From: an uncultured bacterium
GTDB taxonomy: Bacteria > Patescibacteriota > Minisyncoccia > Phycocordibacterales > UBA9973
DNA: 51,812 nucleotides
NCBI GenBank assembly: GCA_903904195.1
Contig: CAIVBM010000045.1
Span: 1 to 51,812, forward strand
Direction: 5' to 3'
Shown piece by piece: positions 43,487 to 51,812 of the stretch. The notes under the pieces are model-generated. The model searched no databases, was not told the origin of the DNA, and worked only from the letters and a program-made list of their open reading frames with translations. Both the position numbers and the translations under genes were made by a program. Numbering within the stretch: the stretch's first letter is position 1; every line of letters begins with the position of its first letter.

Positions 43487-44794
43487 TTATTGCGTTTCAC
43501 CCCAAGTACCTACGACCCATCCACCCGATGGACCGCTCTGGAAACTTGGACTAGCTAAACCTTGTTGATAAGTGATATTCGTTCCCCCTGTTGCTGTGAC
43601 GGTTTCCCCGACTGCCGCATTTAAAGAAGCACCACCACTCAAAACGACTGTTCCATTTTGAGCATCTACTGCTATAGCCCCTGCTCCGCCAGTGACACTA
43701 ATAGCCCTCGCACTAGTACTCGTTGAAACAACGAACAAATAACTATTTGGATTTCCAGAACCGAGAGACCCTCCACCATTTATAGTAACTGTGTTATCTG
43801 AAATAATAGTTTCACTATTTAATGCATAACCTGCAGGAAGATTGATATTACCTCCGCCAGTAATAGTTATGGTTCCTACCACCCAAACAGTCCCAGTCAA
43901 TGTAAGAGTTCCCCCTCCATTCACTATTAGATTTCCATTTATTTTACCTGGACCAAAAGTTGCATCATGATAATCAACAGTGCAATTACCTCCACTATAA
44001 CCACCAGGGCATTGAGTTGACCCAGTTATTGTTCCACCAGCAGCAGCTGCAGTTTTCCAAGCTGTTATATCATCATCTGTAAATGGCATAGGCTGAACAG
44101 GAGGAATACCTTTAGAAGTATTGCACACTTTATTATTTTTATTTCCAACCTGACAATACAGATTACCAGCAACACTTCCACCAATTACATTGTATGCCCA
44201 AGCATCTCCTGTTCCGTTAGAACCGACAACCACTGTGCCAGTATAAGGATTACCTACTCCATCTCCAATAAATGAAGCAGTACCAGCAGCGACAGCGGTT
44301 CCTGTAATATGTACACCACTTGAAGCTTGGATATTTCCATTTGAATAAACATTTCCATTTATCGTTGAACCTCCAGACAAAACAAAACCCCCACTATCTG
44401 ATTGAATACCATAATTAAATCCAACTCCAGCACCAGCCTGCAGAGCAACACTTGTTTTCCTTTGTAAACTTCCCACATCTCCGAGAGAAGTGATTTGCTT
44501 ACTGTTACCAAAAGAAGTAGAAATATTTGTCGTTGCAGAATTAGAGCCCAGGGTAAGCGTTTCACTACTACCTATTGTCATATTATTTAATATTCTATAT
44601 ATAGCATCTTCACTTCCTGATTCAGCCAAGAAATATGATTTTTTTGAATTTAAATTTGCGCTAGCGTTTCTAAATTCTCGTACAGAAGGTCCCACAAGAC
44701 CAGAAATTATTGCTAAAGAAATAAAAAGAAAAAAAACAACCGATATCAACATCGCTGCACCTGATTGATTATTTATTTTTATTTTTTTCTTCAT
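43487..44794 (-). CDS. PilX-like pilus-associated protein with Gly-rich beta-helix body
   Basis: 435 aa. The N-terminus QSGAAMLISVVFFLFISLAIISGL resembles the PilX N-terminal anchor, with no Glu5. The remainder is a GG/GT-rich repetitive sequence. It is the last gene of the pilin cluster. Confidence 0.65.
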   Translation of the reverse strand: MKKKIKINNQSGAAMLISVVFFLFISLAIISGLVGPSVREFRNASANLNSKKSYFLAESGSEDAIYRILNNMTIGSSETLTLGSNSATTNISTSFGNSKQITSLGDVGSLQRKTSVALQAGAGVGFNYGIQSDSGGFVLSGGSTINGNVYSNGNIQASSGVHITGTAVAAGTASFIGDGVGNPYTGTVVVGSNGTGDAWAYNVIGGSVAGNLYCQVGNKNNKVCNTSKGIPPVQPMPFTDDDITAWKTAAAAGGTITGSTQCPGGYSGGNCTVDYHDATFGPGKINGNLIVNGGGTLTLTGTVWVVGTITITGGGNINLPAGYALNSETIISDNTVTINGGGSLGSGNPNSYLFVVSTSTSARAISVTGGAGAIAVDAQNGTVVLSGGASLNAAVGETVTATGGTNITYQQGLASPSFQSGPSGGWVVGTWGETQ

Positions 44795-44810
44795 TTTTTC
44801 TTTATAACTT

Positions 44811-45302
44811 TTAGTAACTTCCTCTCAAAACTATTGTATCGTAAAAATCATAAGTGCGAGCCAAAACATCATCATTTGACTTAATGGTAAAAGATACTTT
44901 CACTGCCTGACTTTTTAAGGTATTTACCTTTGTAAAAACAAGGTTATTTATTGATATATTTTGAGGGTTTAGATTTCCTGTTAAAACACTATTTTCAATA
45001 AGTTGTAGGTTTAAACCTGAAAGCAAAAATTCTATGGTTTTATTTGTACCAGTGTTTAACACTAAATCACTCGTACTAATAGAAGTAATACTGTTTGCTT
45101 GACGAATCTCTCGCGACAACCTTTCCATCACGGCCCCACTTAAAGTCAGCTCTGCTTGAATGGTAGTTTCTTTAAATGATTTAGTCATCGTAATCATAGA
45201 ATTTATCACAACCAAAGACATAACTGAAAAAAGAGCAATATAAAAAAGAAGCTCCAGAACCGTAGAACCACTTTTTTTATTTTTTTTCATAAAAATTTTC
45301 AT
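44811..45302 (-). CDS. Type IV pilin-like (pseudopilin) protein
   Basis: Prepilin leader KKSG|STVLELLFYIALFSV, with Glu at +5 after the Gly cleavage site. Confidence 0.75.
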   Translation of the reverse strand: MKIFMKKNKKSGSTVLELLFYIALFSVMSLVVINSMITMTKSFKETTIQAELTLSGAVMERLSREIRQANSITSISTSDLVLNTGTNKTIEFLLSGLNLQLIENSVLTGNLNPQNISINNLVFTKVNTLKSQAVKVSFTIKSNDDVLARTYDFYDTIVLRGSY

Positions 45303-45787
45303 TATGAGAATATATTTAATATATAAAATTGTAAGGTCTTTGAAACTAAAACTCCCCCCTCCTTCCAGGACACAGTAACAGTAACTAATTTTGTCCCGTT
45401 ATCAACGGTGCCCCCAGATGTAACTATATCTTTTGTGGTATTGTCACGATTTACATTAGCAATAGTTAGACTTCGAGCAAAAATCCCCACAACACCGTCA
45501 CTAGATGTAGTAGTCAAACTCCATGTGCCTGAAGAAAATTTTGGATAATAAGTTGTCCCAGATGTTAAACTAGAAATATTACTCCAAGCATTATCGCGTA
45601 CTATACGAACTGCTTCAACACCTTCTTCTAACAAGAAATCTGCTTGTGTGGAATGAAAAGCCTGACTAGAAACATAAATAGACTTTTGAGCAACTGCTGT
45701 CATAGCTAAAATAGAAACAGAAATGATTGAAATAGCCACGAGTACTTCAACTGCCATAAATCCACGAATTTTGTTTGTTTTTTTCAT
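45302..45787 (-). CDS. Type IV pilin-like (pseudopilin) protein
   Basis: Prepilin leader KIRG|FMAVEVLVAISIISV, with Glu at +5. Confidence 0.75.
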   Translation of the reverse strand: MKKTNKIRGFMAVEVLVAISIISVSILAMTAVAQKSIYVSSQAFHSTQADFLLEEGVEAVRIVRDNAWSNISSLTSGTTYYPKFSSGTWSLTTTSSDGVVGIFARSLTIANVNRDNTTKDIVTSGGTVDNGTKLVTVTVSWKEGGVLVSKTLQFYILNIFS

Positions 45788-45791
45788 TTAC

Positions 45792-46250
45792 TTAATTTGA
45801 GCTCACAACACCAGTCGCATATATTGTAACAATTTTAGAATAATGAGTAGAAGAAATAGTAACTGTGCCAGTAGTGTTTGGCGCACCAGTAAGACGATTA
45901 AAATAAACATTACTTCCACTGTTTAAGAGAGAAATATTAGAGATATTTGCCGGTGCTGTAATACTGGTAATTTCATTATTTGTCGTATCAAGAGCAGAAT
46001 AGCTTGTCCCCTTAAAAATTACTATTTTATCTGATTGAAAATACACACCGTATTGTGAAGAATTAAGAGAAGAAAGAGTCTCTGCGCGCGCTTTGTCTAT
46101 AGAAGACAGAACATCTGCAACGGTGGACTTGAGAACTTGATTCTCTCTGATATTTGAAAATTGAGGAATTACAATCATCAGTAAAACGCCAAGCACAGCA
46201 ATCACTACCATTATTTCTACTGCTGTCATGCCTCGTTTATAATGATTCAT
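45792..46250 (-). CDS. Type IV pilin-like protein
   Basis: Prepilin leader YKRG|MTAVEIMVVIAVLGVLL, with Glu at +5. It is the first pilin gene after pilC. Confidence 0.8.
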   Translation of the reverse strand: MNHYKRGMTAVEIMVVIAVLGVLLMIVIPQFSNIRENQVLKSTVADVLSSIDKARAETLSSLNSSQYGVYFQSDKIVIFKGTSYSALDTTNNEITSITAPANISNISLLNSGSNVYFNRLTGAPNTTGTVTISSTHYSKIVTIYATGVVSSN

Positions 46251-46251
46251 T

Positions 46252-47469
46252 TTAATTTATACTACCTAGTATTGAGTAAAGAGGTGAAATCATAGAAATA
46301 GCAAAGAAACCAACAGCTCCACCGATGACAAGCATCAAAACTGGCTCAATAATTGTGGAAAGATTTTTAGTTTTATTTTCAATTTCTGCTTCATAAAACA
46401 AGGCGACTTCCAAAAGCATTTCAGACAACTTTCCTGTCTCTTCTCCGACTTGAATCATTTCCGACATCATCACAGGATAGAGATCCTCGTGCGCACAAAA
46501 AGCTTCCGAAAATGGGGCACCTTTTTCTATGCCAACTTTTGCTTCATCTAAAATCTCTTTGTAATAAATATTCTGAACTATATCTTCAGTTATCTCCACT
46601 GCACGAGTTATAGAAACTCCTGCAAGTAATAAAGAAGACATCGTACGAGCAGTACGAGCAGTATTTAATTCTTTCGCTAAATTTCCGATAATAGGAAGCC
46701 TCACAACTATATAATCAATATACTTGCCCATAAATTTAGCACGAAAGAAAAGATATAATCCACCAACAATACAAAATAATAAGACAAAAGTTAACAATAA
46801 ATTATTTGAAAAGAAATTACCAAAGAAAATGAGAACTTGAGTAGCAAAAGGTAAATCAACTCCAAGTTCTTTGAAGGTGCTAGCCAAAGTCGGCACCACG
46901 AAAGCAAACATTAAAATACCAATCACAATCATCGCAGAGAAAATAATTCCTGGATAAATAAGAGCACCGGTTATTTTTTTAGTTAATGAATGTGATTTTT
47001 CCAAGTTTGCTCCGATATCAGAAAGCGCATCTGCAAGATTTCCAGATTCCTCCCCTGCTTTTGTCATTGATATAAAAAGTTTTGAAAAAACATCAGGAAA
47101 TTTTGAAAGCCCAGATGATAATGTCTCACCAGAATTTATATCACCAGAAAGAGACGTCAAAATATTATCAAGCTTTGGATTTTTGGTTTGTTTTTTTAAA
47201 ACTGATAATGCTCTATATAATGAAAGCCCAGCCCTGAGCATCCCACTTAAATTTTTTGTTAAAATAATCTGCTCATTTACTTTCACTTTAGAAAAAATAC
47301 CAGTGAACCCCGATAATTTATCTAAAAAACCTTCACCCTTTTCGGTAATTGATAAAGGAATACTTCCCATAGAACGCAAATCATGTGCAAGAGCAAAACG
47401 ATCTTTTGCATATTGAACGCCTTCCATTATTCCACCCTCTTTTAATTTTGCTTTATATATAAAAAGCAT
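46252..47469 (-). CDS. pilC: Type IV pilus / T2SS platform protein (GspF/PilC family)
   Basis: 405 aa. Two GspF-type repeats and three TM segments. Follows pilB. Confidence 0.92.
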   Translation of the reverse strand: MLFIYKAKLKEGGIMEGVQYAKDRFALAHDLRSMGSIPLSITEKGEGFLDKLSGFTGIFSKVKVNEQIILTKNLSGMLRAGLSLYRALSVLKKQTKNPKLDNILTSLSGDINSGETLSSGLSKFPDVFSKLFISMTKAGEESGNLADALSDIGANLEKSHSLTKKITGALIYPGIIFSAMIVIGILMFAFVVPTLASTFKELGVDLPFATQVLIFFGNFFSNNLLLTFVLLFCIVGGLYLFFRAKFMGKYIDYIVVRLPIIGNLAKELNTARTARTMSSLLLAGVSITRAVEITEDIVQNIYYKEILDEAKVGIEKGAPFSEAFCAHEDLYPVMMSEMIQVGEETGKLSEMLLEVALFYEAEIENKTKNLSTIIEPVLMLVIGGAVGFFAISMISPLYSILGSIN

Positions 47470-47496
47470 AGTGTTTTACAAAAGCCCCACAACCTA

Positions 47497-49245
47497 CTAT
47501 TCTGAAACCACACGGAACACTTCTTCTAAAGTAGTCACACCCAATACTGTTTGATAAACTCCATCTTCTAGCATTGTCATCATTCCCTCTTTTTTTGCTT
47601 GGATTTCTATATCATCTTGAGATTTTCCAGAAATAATCATTTCCTTAATAGTGGAAGTGACTTTTAAAACTTCATGCATACCGACACGACCCAAATATCC
47701 GTCTTCGTATTCTGCGCTCTTTACTGCTCTATAAAAAGGAATTTTATCCCAAGTATCCTTTGCGCCGACTATTTTTTCATCTTTTAATAAACCAAGCATA
47801 CGATCTAAATCCACGATTTTTGCAAGACTTTTTATTTCGGCGGGAGAAAGAAAATACTTTTCCTTGTTTGGAGTAAGTCTACGCACCAATCTCTGTGCGA
47901 TGATTGTCTTTACTGTCGCTGTAATAAGGAAAGGTTCAACACCCATATCTATCAATCTAGGTATCGCACCAGCAGCACTGTTCGTGTGGATAGTAGACAA
48001 CACGAGGTGGCCAGTGAGCGATGCGTTGACCGCAAGTCCAGCTGTTTCTCTATCTCGGATTTCTCCCACCATTATTATATCTGGGTCTTGGCGAAGGAGC
48101 GAACGAAGTCCATTAGCAAAAGACAGACCTATCTCGGGCTTTACTTGAGTCTGATTAACTCTAGGCATCTGATACTCAATAGGATCCTCAACGGTAGAAA
48201 TATTTACTTCAGGTTTATTTAGAATATCTAGCATCGTATAAAGTGTCGTCGTCTTTCCGCTACCTGTAGGACCTGTGGCTAGAACCATTCCTGTCTTTTG
48301 AGTTAAAGAATTATGTATTCGCTCTAATCCTTCACCATGAAAGCCAAGTGACTCAAGAGAAAATCCATGCGCATTTTCTTTCAAGATTCTCATTACTGTT
48401 TTTTCTCCAAAGAAAGTAGGCAGTGTGGAAACACGGAAAGAAATCTTTTCTCCATCTTGTTCTTTTTTAAATCTTCCGTCTTGAGGTAATCTTTTTTCAT
48501 CAAGTTTTAAATTAGACAAAACCTTGATGCGAGCAGTTATCCCGGCACCAGCATTTTTATCCAGCACCATGGCGTCATGTAAAATACCGTCTATTCTATA
48601 ACGCACGGTAAGGTCTTTTTCTCCTGGTTCTATATGGATATCTGAAGCATTTTGCAAAATGGCATGATCAATAAGAGAATCAACGATCTTCACAACTGGT
48701 AGATCCTCCGCCATTTCTTTGAGTTCTTTTTCAGATTTTTCACCTTCTTCATTTGGAGAAGTTTCAAAACTATTAGATTCTTTTTGAATAATATTCTGAA
48801 ACTCAGCTTGTAAGCTTTTTCTGTATTGCACAAGTACGGCTTTGATAGAAAAAGTGTCAGTAAGTCTAGGTAAAATTTTAAGTCCAGAACGTTTTTTTAT
48901 AAAATCAATAACAGGCAAATCGTCCACATCTAGCATCGCCACCTCAAGGGTGTTATCAACTTTTTTATAAGCAACGATATTATCATTGCGAGCGATTGGC
49001 TCAGGAATCAAAGAGAGAACAGAAAAATCAATCTTTTCATTAGCTAAATTTACGAATGGTATTCCTAAAACAAAAGCTTCTGTTCTTTTTAGATCTGACT
49101 CAGAAATTTTACCTTCAGAAAGTAAAATATTTCCGATTTTTTGTTTTTTTGATTCAGCTTTTTTTTCAGACTCATTAAAATCAGAACGAGAAACAAGCCC
49201 TGAATCTAAAATATGTTTCTTCAACTGTTCCTCATCTATTTGCAT
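47497..49245 (-). CDS. pilB: Type IV pilus assembly ATPase (GspE/PilB family)
   Basis: 582 aa. Walker A is GPTGSGKTTTLY. Also has the Asp box, Walker B MVGEIRD, and a His box GHLVLSTIHTN. Confidence 0.95.
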   Translation of the reverse strand: MQIDEEQLKKHILDSGLVSRSDFNESEKKAESKKQKIGNILLSEGKISESDLKRTEAFVLGIPFVNLANEKIDFSVLSLIPEPIARNDNIVAYKKVDNTLEVAMLDVDDLPVIDFIKKRSGLKILPRLTDTFSIKAVLVQYRKSLQAEFQNIIQKESNSFETSPNEEGEKSEKELKEMAEDLPVVKIVDSLIDHAILQNASDIHIEPGEKDLTVRYRIDGILHDAMVLDKNAGAGITARIKVLSNLKLDEKRLPQDGRFKKEQDGEKISFRVSTLPTFFGEKTVMRILKENAHGFSLESLGFHGEGLERIHNSLTQKTGMVLATGPTGSGKTTTLYTMLDILNKPEVNISTVEDPIEYQMPRVNQTQVKPEIGLSFANGLRSLLRQDPDIIMVGEIRDRETAGLAVNASLTGHLVLSTIHTNSAAGAIPRLIDMGVEPFLITATVKTIIAQRLVRRLTPNKEKYFLSPAEIKSLAKIVDLDRMLGLLKDEKIVGAKDTWDKIPFYRAVKSAEYEDGYLGRVGMHEVLKVTSTIKEMIISGKSQDDIEIQAKKEGMMTMLEDGVYQTVLGVTTLEEVFRVVSE

Positions 49246-49281
49246 ACATATAGTATATCAAAAAATTACAATTTGTGTTTA

Positions 49282-49372
49282 TTCCCCTCTTGAGAGGTGG
49301 ATTTTGTAATCAAAAGACGGGGTGGAAAATTCATCCACCTCCCCCTAAAGGGTACTCCTCAAGAGGAGAATT
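49282..49372. repeat. Repeat element family B copy 2 (intergenic, upstream of pilB)
   Basis: attcccctcttgagaggtgg...agacggggtggaaaattcatccacctccccctaaagggtactcctcaagaggagaatt, in the same orientation as 12253-12338. Confidence 0.75.
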
Positions 49373-50422
49373 TTAATTTTGGATATATATAGGAGTTTTA
49401 TTCTCTGAACACAACAAGGAATCTGTACCATTACCCGAACCAGCGCATATCCATGTCCATCTACTTGGTCTGCTTGTTTTATGCGTACTTGTTCCCGCAG
49501 AACAAAGGTAATGAGTTGTACCACAAACGCCAGAAACATCAGTACCAACAGGACTTATCGTCACTATTGCACTCGTTGGAGATCCTGCCCCATTAACATT
49601 TGAACAAGTTAAGGTATATGTATATGTTCCCTCTGTCGTAAGCACTCCTTGTGATACGTCTGTTCCACTTACTGCTTTTGTTCCTGACCAACTTCCACTT
49701 GCAGTACAAGATGTAGGATTATTTGTAGCACTCCAAGTAAGTTTAGGATTAACATTATCATTTACTGTGCCTGAATTTGGATCAGCTGTGATTGTAACAG
49801 CGGGAACAGATGGAGAAATACATGATGATGAGGCAGTGTCCCAAATAAATGGAGTTGTACATACATTACAATCAGGAGAATTATTTGCACCATTTTGACA
49901 ATTAGAAGAAGGACCAGTAATAACATTATAGAAACTAAGCCAACCCAAAACATCACTACCCCAAGCAAGACCCGTAAATCCATTACCGCTATAATTTATG
50001 CCATATGTTGCACCGGAAAGAGAAATCCATCCATCCCAGCCATCAGTCCTTGATGCAGAATTACAATCATTATTTATCGTACCACTACATGCTCGTGCCC
50101 ATCCTTTTAGATTAGTACCATTTATATTCGCATTCTGGGCTTGTGTACCTGTTCCTGATGGAAAACCAGAAAGTCCACCGAATTTTATCCAGCCAACACT
50201 TGATGACCAAGCATATCCTACGAGTGTACCGTCAGAATTTTTACTTACACCATAATCTATGGTGCTACTAGTATCTGTAGAATTAAAACTTATCCAACCG
50301 ATATTTGATGACCATGCCCAACCAGACATGTTGTGTTCAGTTCCGGCAAAAACCACAAAAGGAAAAATAATAAAAAGAGAAAATGCAAAAACAAAAACGA
50401 TTTTAGTAAAATAAGTTTTCAT
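49373..50422 (-). CDS. Secreted Trp-repeat / Cys-rich protein, hypothetical
   Basis: 349 aa. Signal peptide is MKTYFTKIVFVFAFSLFIIFPFVVFA. Has five GW.WS...GWI.F-type repeats (GWAWSSNIGWISFN, GYAWSSSVGWIKFG, GLAWGSDVLGWLSFY and others), an Ig-like segment and Cys-rich ends. Confidence 0.8.
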   Translation of the reverse strand: MKTYFTKIVFVFAFSLFIIFPFVVFAGTEHNMSGWAWSSNIGWISFNSTDTSSTIDYGVSKNSDGTLVGYAWSSSVGWIKFGGLSGFPSGTGTQAQNANINGTNLKGWARACSGTINNDCNSASRTDGWDGWISLSGATYGINYSGNGFTGLAWGSDVLGWLSFYNVITGPSSNCQNGANNSPDCNVCTTPFIWDTASSSCISPSVPAVTITADPNSGTVNDNVNPKLTWSATNNPTSCTASGSWSGTKAVSGTDVSQGVLTTEGTYTYTLTCSNVNGAGSPTSAIVTISPVGTDVSGVCGTTHYLCSAGTSTHKTSRPSRWTWICAGSGNGTDSLLCSENKTPIYIQN

Positions 50423-50527
50423 GGTCTAATTATACTCCTTGCAAAAAACTGCCACAACACAACTTATCAACAGGGCGGTAGAGCAAAGCTCACTACCCTG
50501 CAGGTAGGTGAGAGTTTATAAAAAAAG

Positions 50528-50556
50528 TTGCGCTAAAACTTATTTTGTGATATTGT
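50528..50556 (+). promoter_or_regulatory. Candidate promoter upstream of nusA
   Basis: TTGCGC - 17 nt - TATTGT, with a TGn extended -10 (tgatattgt). Confidence 0.35.
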
Positions 50557-50567
50557 TTTGATGTATG

Positions 50568-50593
50568 AGTCCTGTCGCAACAGGGCTTTTTTA
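50568..50593 (+). terminator. Intrinsic-terminator-like hairpin in the nusA leader
   Basis: agtcctgt-cgca-acagggct followed by tttttt. No plus-strand gene lies upstream, so this is a leader or attenuator candidate rather than a gene-end terminator. Confidence 0.45.
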
Positions 50594-50617
50594 TTAAAAA
50601 AACGCATATAAATCAAC

Positions 50618-51790
50618 ATGTTAGACTTAAAAACATTTAAATCAGCGTTAGAGCAACTAGAAGAAGAAAGAAAAATTCCAAAAGATAAAATATTGGAAGC
50701 CATAGAACAAGCAATGGCTGCTGCTTACAAAAAAGACTACGGCAAGAAAGGGCAGATAATCCGAGCTAAATTTGACTTGGAAACTGGAAAGACTGATTTC
50801 TATCAAGTAAAAATCGTAGTTGATGAAACTATCGCAATAATAAATAAAATAGGAATAGAAAAAGAAGAAGGTGATGAACGAGTTCACTTTAATCCTGAAC
50901 ATCACATTCTTTTAGAAGACGCAAAAAAAATAAAAAAAGGTGTAGAACTAAACGATGAAATCATATTCCCATTAGAAGCAAAAGATGATTACGGACGTAT
51001 CGCTGCCCAAACTGCAAAACAAGTCATAATCCAAAAGATTCGTGAGGCAGAACGCACATCCATCATTGATGAGTATGGAACAAAAGAAAAAGAAGTCATC
51101 GGAGGCATAGTGCAAAAAGTTGAAAGAGGAAACGTTTACGTTGATTTCAATCGCGCTACAGGTATATTGCCAGTAGAAGAACAAATTCCAGGAGAATTCT
51201 TCCAGAGAGGACAAAGAATAAAGGCTTATCTTTACTCAGTAGAAGACACACCAAGAGGCATCAACCTCCGTCTTTCTCGCACACATCCTAAATTTATAGA
51301 AAAGCTTTTTGCTATAGAAGCTCCTGAAATCCAGAGCGGAATCGTAGAAATAAAATCTACAGCCAGAGAAGCAGGATCAAGATCAAAAATCGCAGTATTT
51401 TCAAATGACGAACACATTGATGCTATCGGCTCATGTGTCGGACAAAAAGGTACCAGAGTAAACACTGTCACCCAAGAATTAGGGGGTGAAAAGATAGATA
51501 TTATTCCTTGGTCAGAAGATCCAAAAGTTTTTGTTTCAAATTCTATCTCTCCAGCAAAAGTTCTTTCTATAGAACTTGATAATGAAGAACATAAAGCTAC
51601 AATAAAAGTAGCTGAAGACCAATTATCACTAGCTATCGGTAAAGGTGGACAAAACGTACGCCTAGCAGCCAAGCTTACCGGATGGAGGATAGACATCAAA
51701 GGTGACGAAACATCTGAACAAACAGATGAAAAGAAAGAAAAAGTTGTAAAAGAAAAAAAGGTTAAAGCTGAGAAAAAGGAAGAAAAATAA
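50618..51790 (+). CDS. nusA: Transcription termination/antitermination factor NusA
   Basis: 390 aa. Has the N-terminal domain, an S1 domain (GIVQKVERGNVYVDF) and two KH domains (GSCVGQKGTRV, AIGKGGQNVRLAAKLTGWRIDI), followed by a Lys-rich tail. Confidence 0.95.
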   Translation: MLDLKTFKSALEQLEEERKIPKDKILEAIEQAMAAAYKKDYGKKGQIIRAKFDLETGKTDFYQVKIVVDETIAIINKIGIEKEEGDERVHFNPEHHILLEDAKKIKKGVELNDEIIFPLEAKDDYGRIAAQTAKQVIIQKIREAERTSIIDEYGTKEKEVIGGIVQKVERGNVYVDFNRATGILPVEEQIPGEFFQRGQRIKAYLYSVEDTPRGINLRLSRTHPKFIEKLFAIEAPEIQSGIVEIKSTAREAGSRSKIAVFSNDEHIDAIGSCVGQKGTRVNTVTQELGGEKIDIIPWSEDPKVFVSNSISPAKVLSIELDNEEHKATIKVAEDQLSLAIGKGGQNVRLAAKLTGWRIDIKGDETSEQTDEKKEKVVKEKKVKAEKKEEK

Positions 51791-51812
51791 AATTATAAAT
51801 TATTATTAATAT

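Noticed and set aside
1-51812. Possible alternative genetic code (UGA recoding), as seen in some CPR lineages.
   Set aside because: Conserved genes reach their expected lengths under the standard code, and TGA ends well-defined ORFs (for example hit at 38850-38852 and avd at 40262-40264). There is no evidence for recoding.

Overview
AT-rich, gene-dense bacterial fragment, mostly on the minus strand. Gene content and style look like a Candidate Phyla Radiation (Parcubacteria-like) genome: no Shine-Dalgarno sites on housekeeping genes, giant Thr/Gly-rich surface proteins, and a type IV pilus plus ComEC DNA-uptake set. All calls come from reading the ORF translations and the DNA by eye; no searches were run. 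Housekeeping genes recognised by motif: rplL, rplJ, ftsK, recA, M16 peptidase, NUDIX, glyQS, recO, ileS, argS, dut, tmk, an aldo/keto reductase, glyA, Fe/Mn-SOD, comEC (split), rnhA, recJ, HIT, pgk, tpiA, nusA. Accessory content: (1) a complete diversity-generating retroelement (DGR) at about 38.8-41.6 kb. It has an RT, an Avd-like protein, a 131-nt template repeat (TR) and a variable repeat (VR) in a GC-rich target gene. TR and VR differ at 20 positions, 19 of them TR adenines. The avd gene lies antisense between TR and RT, and a C10 tract sits in the RT/avd divergent region. (2) An isoleucyl-tRNA synthetase carrying a roughly 200-aa histidine-phosphatase (PGAM-like) domain inserted in its catalytic body. 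(3) Several families of 60-95 nt GC-rich hairpin repeats. Three copies sit in frame inside coding genes (ileS, recJ, a wHTH gene), as Rickettsia palindromic elements do. (4) Two long perfect inverted repeats (29 bp and 20 bp stems) in intergenic regions. (5) A minus-strand locus of secreted envelope proteins: two peptidoglycan-binding giants and a lipase/beta-helix protein. (6) A pilB-pilC-pilin operon. (7) A second small GC-rich cassette between ileS and argS. No rRNA, tRNA or CRISPR array was seen.
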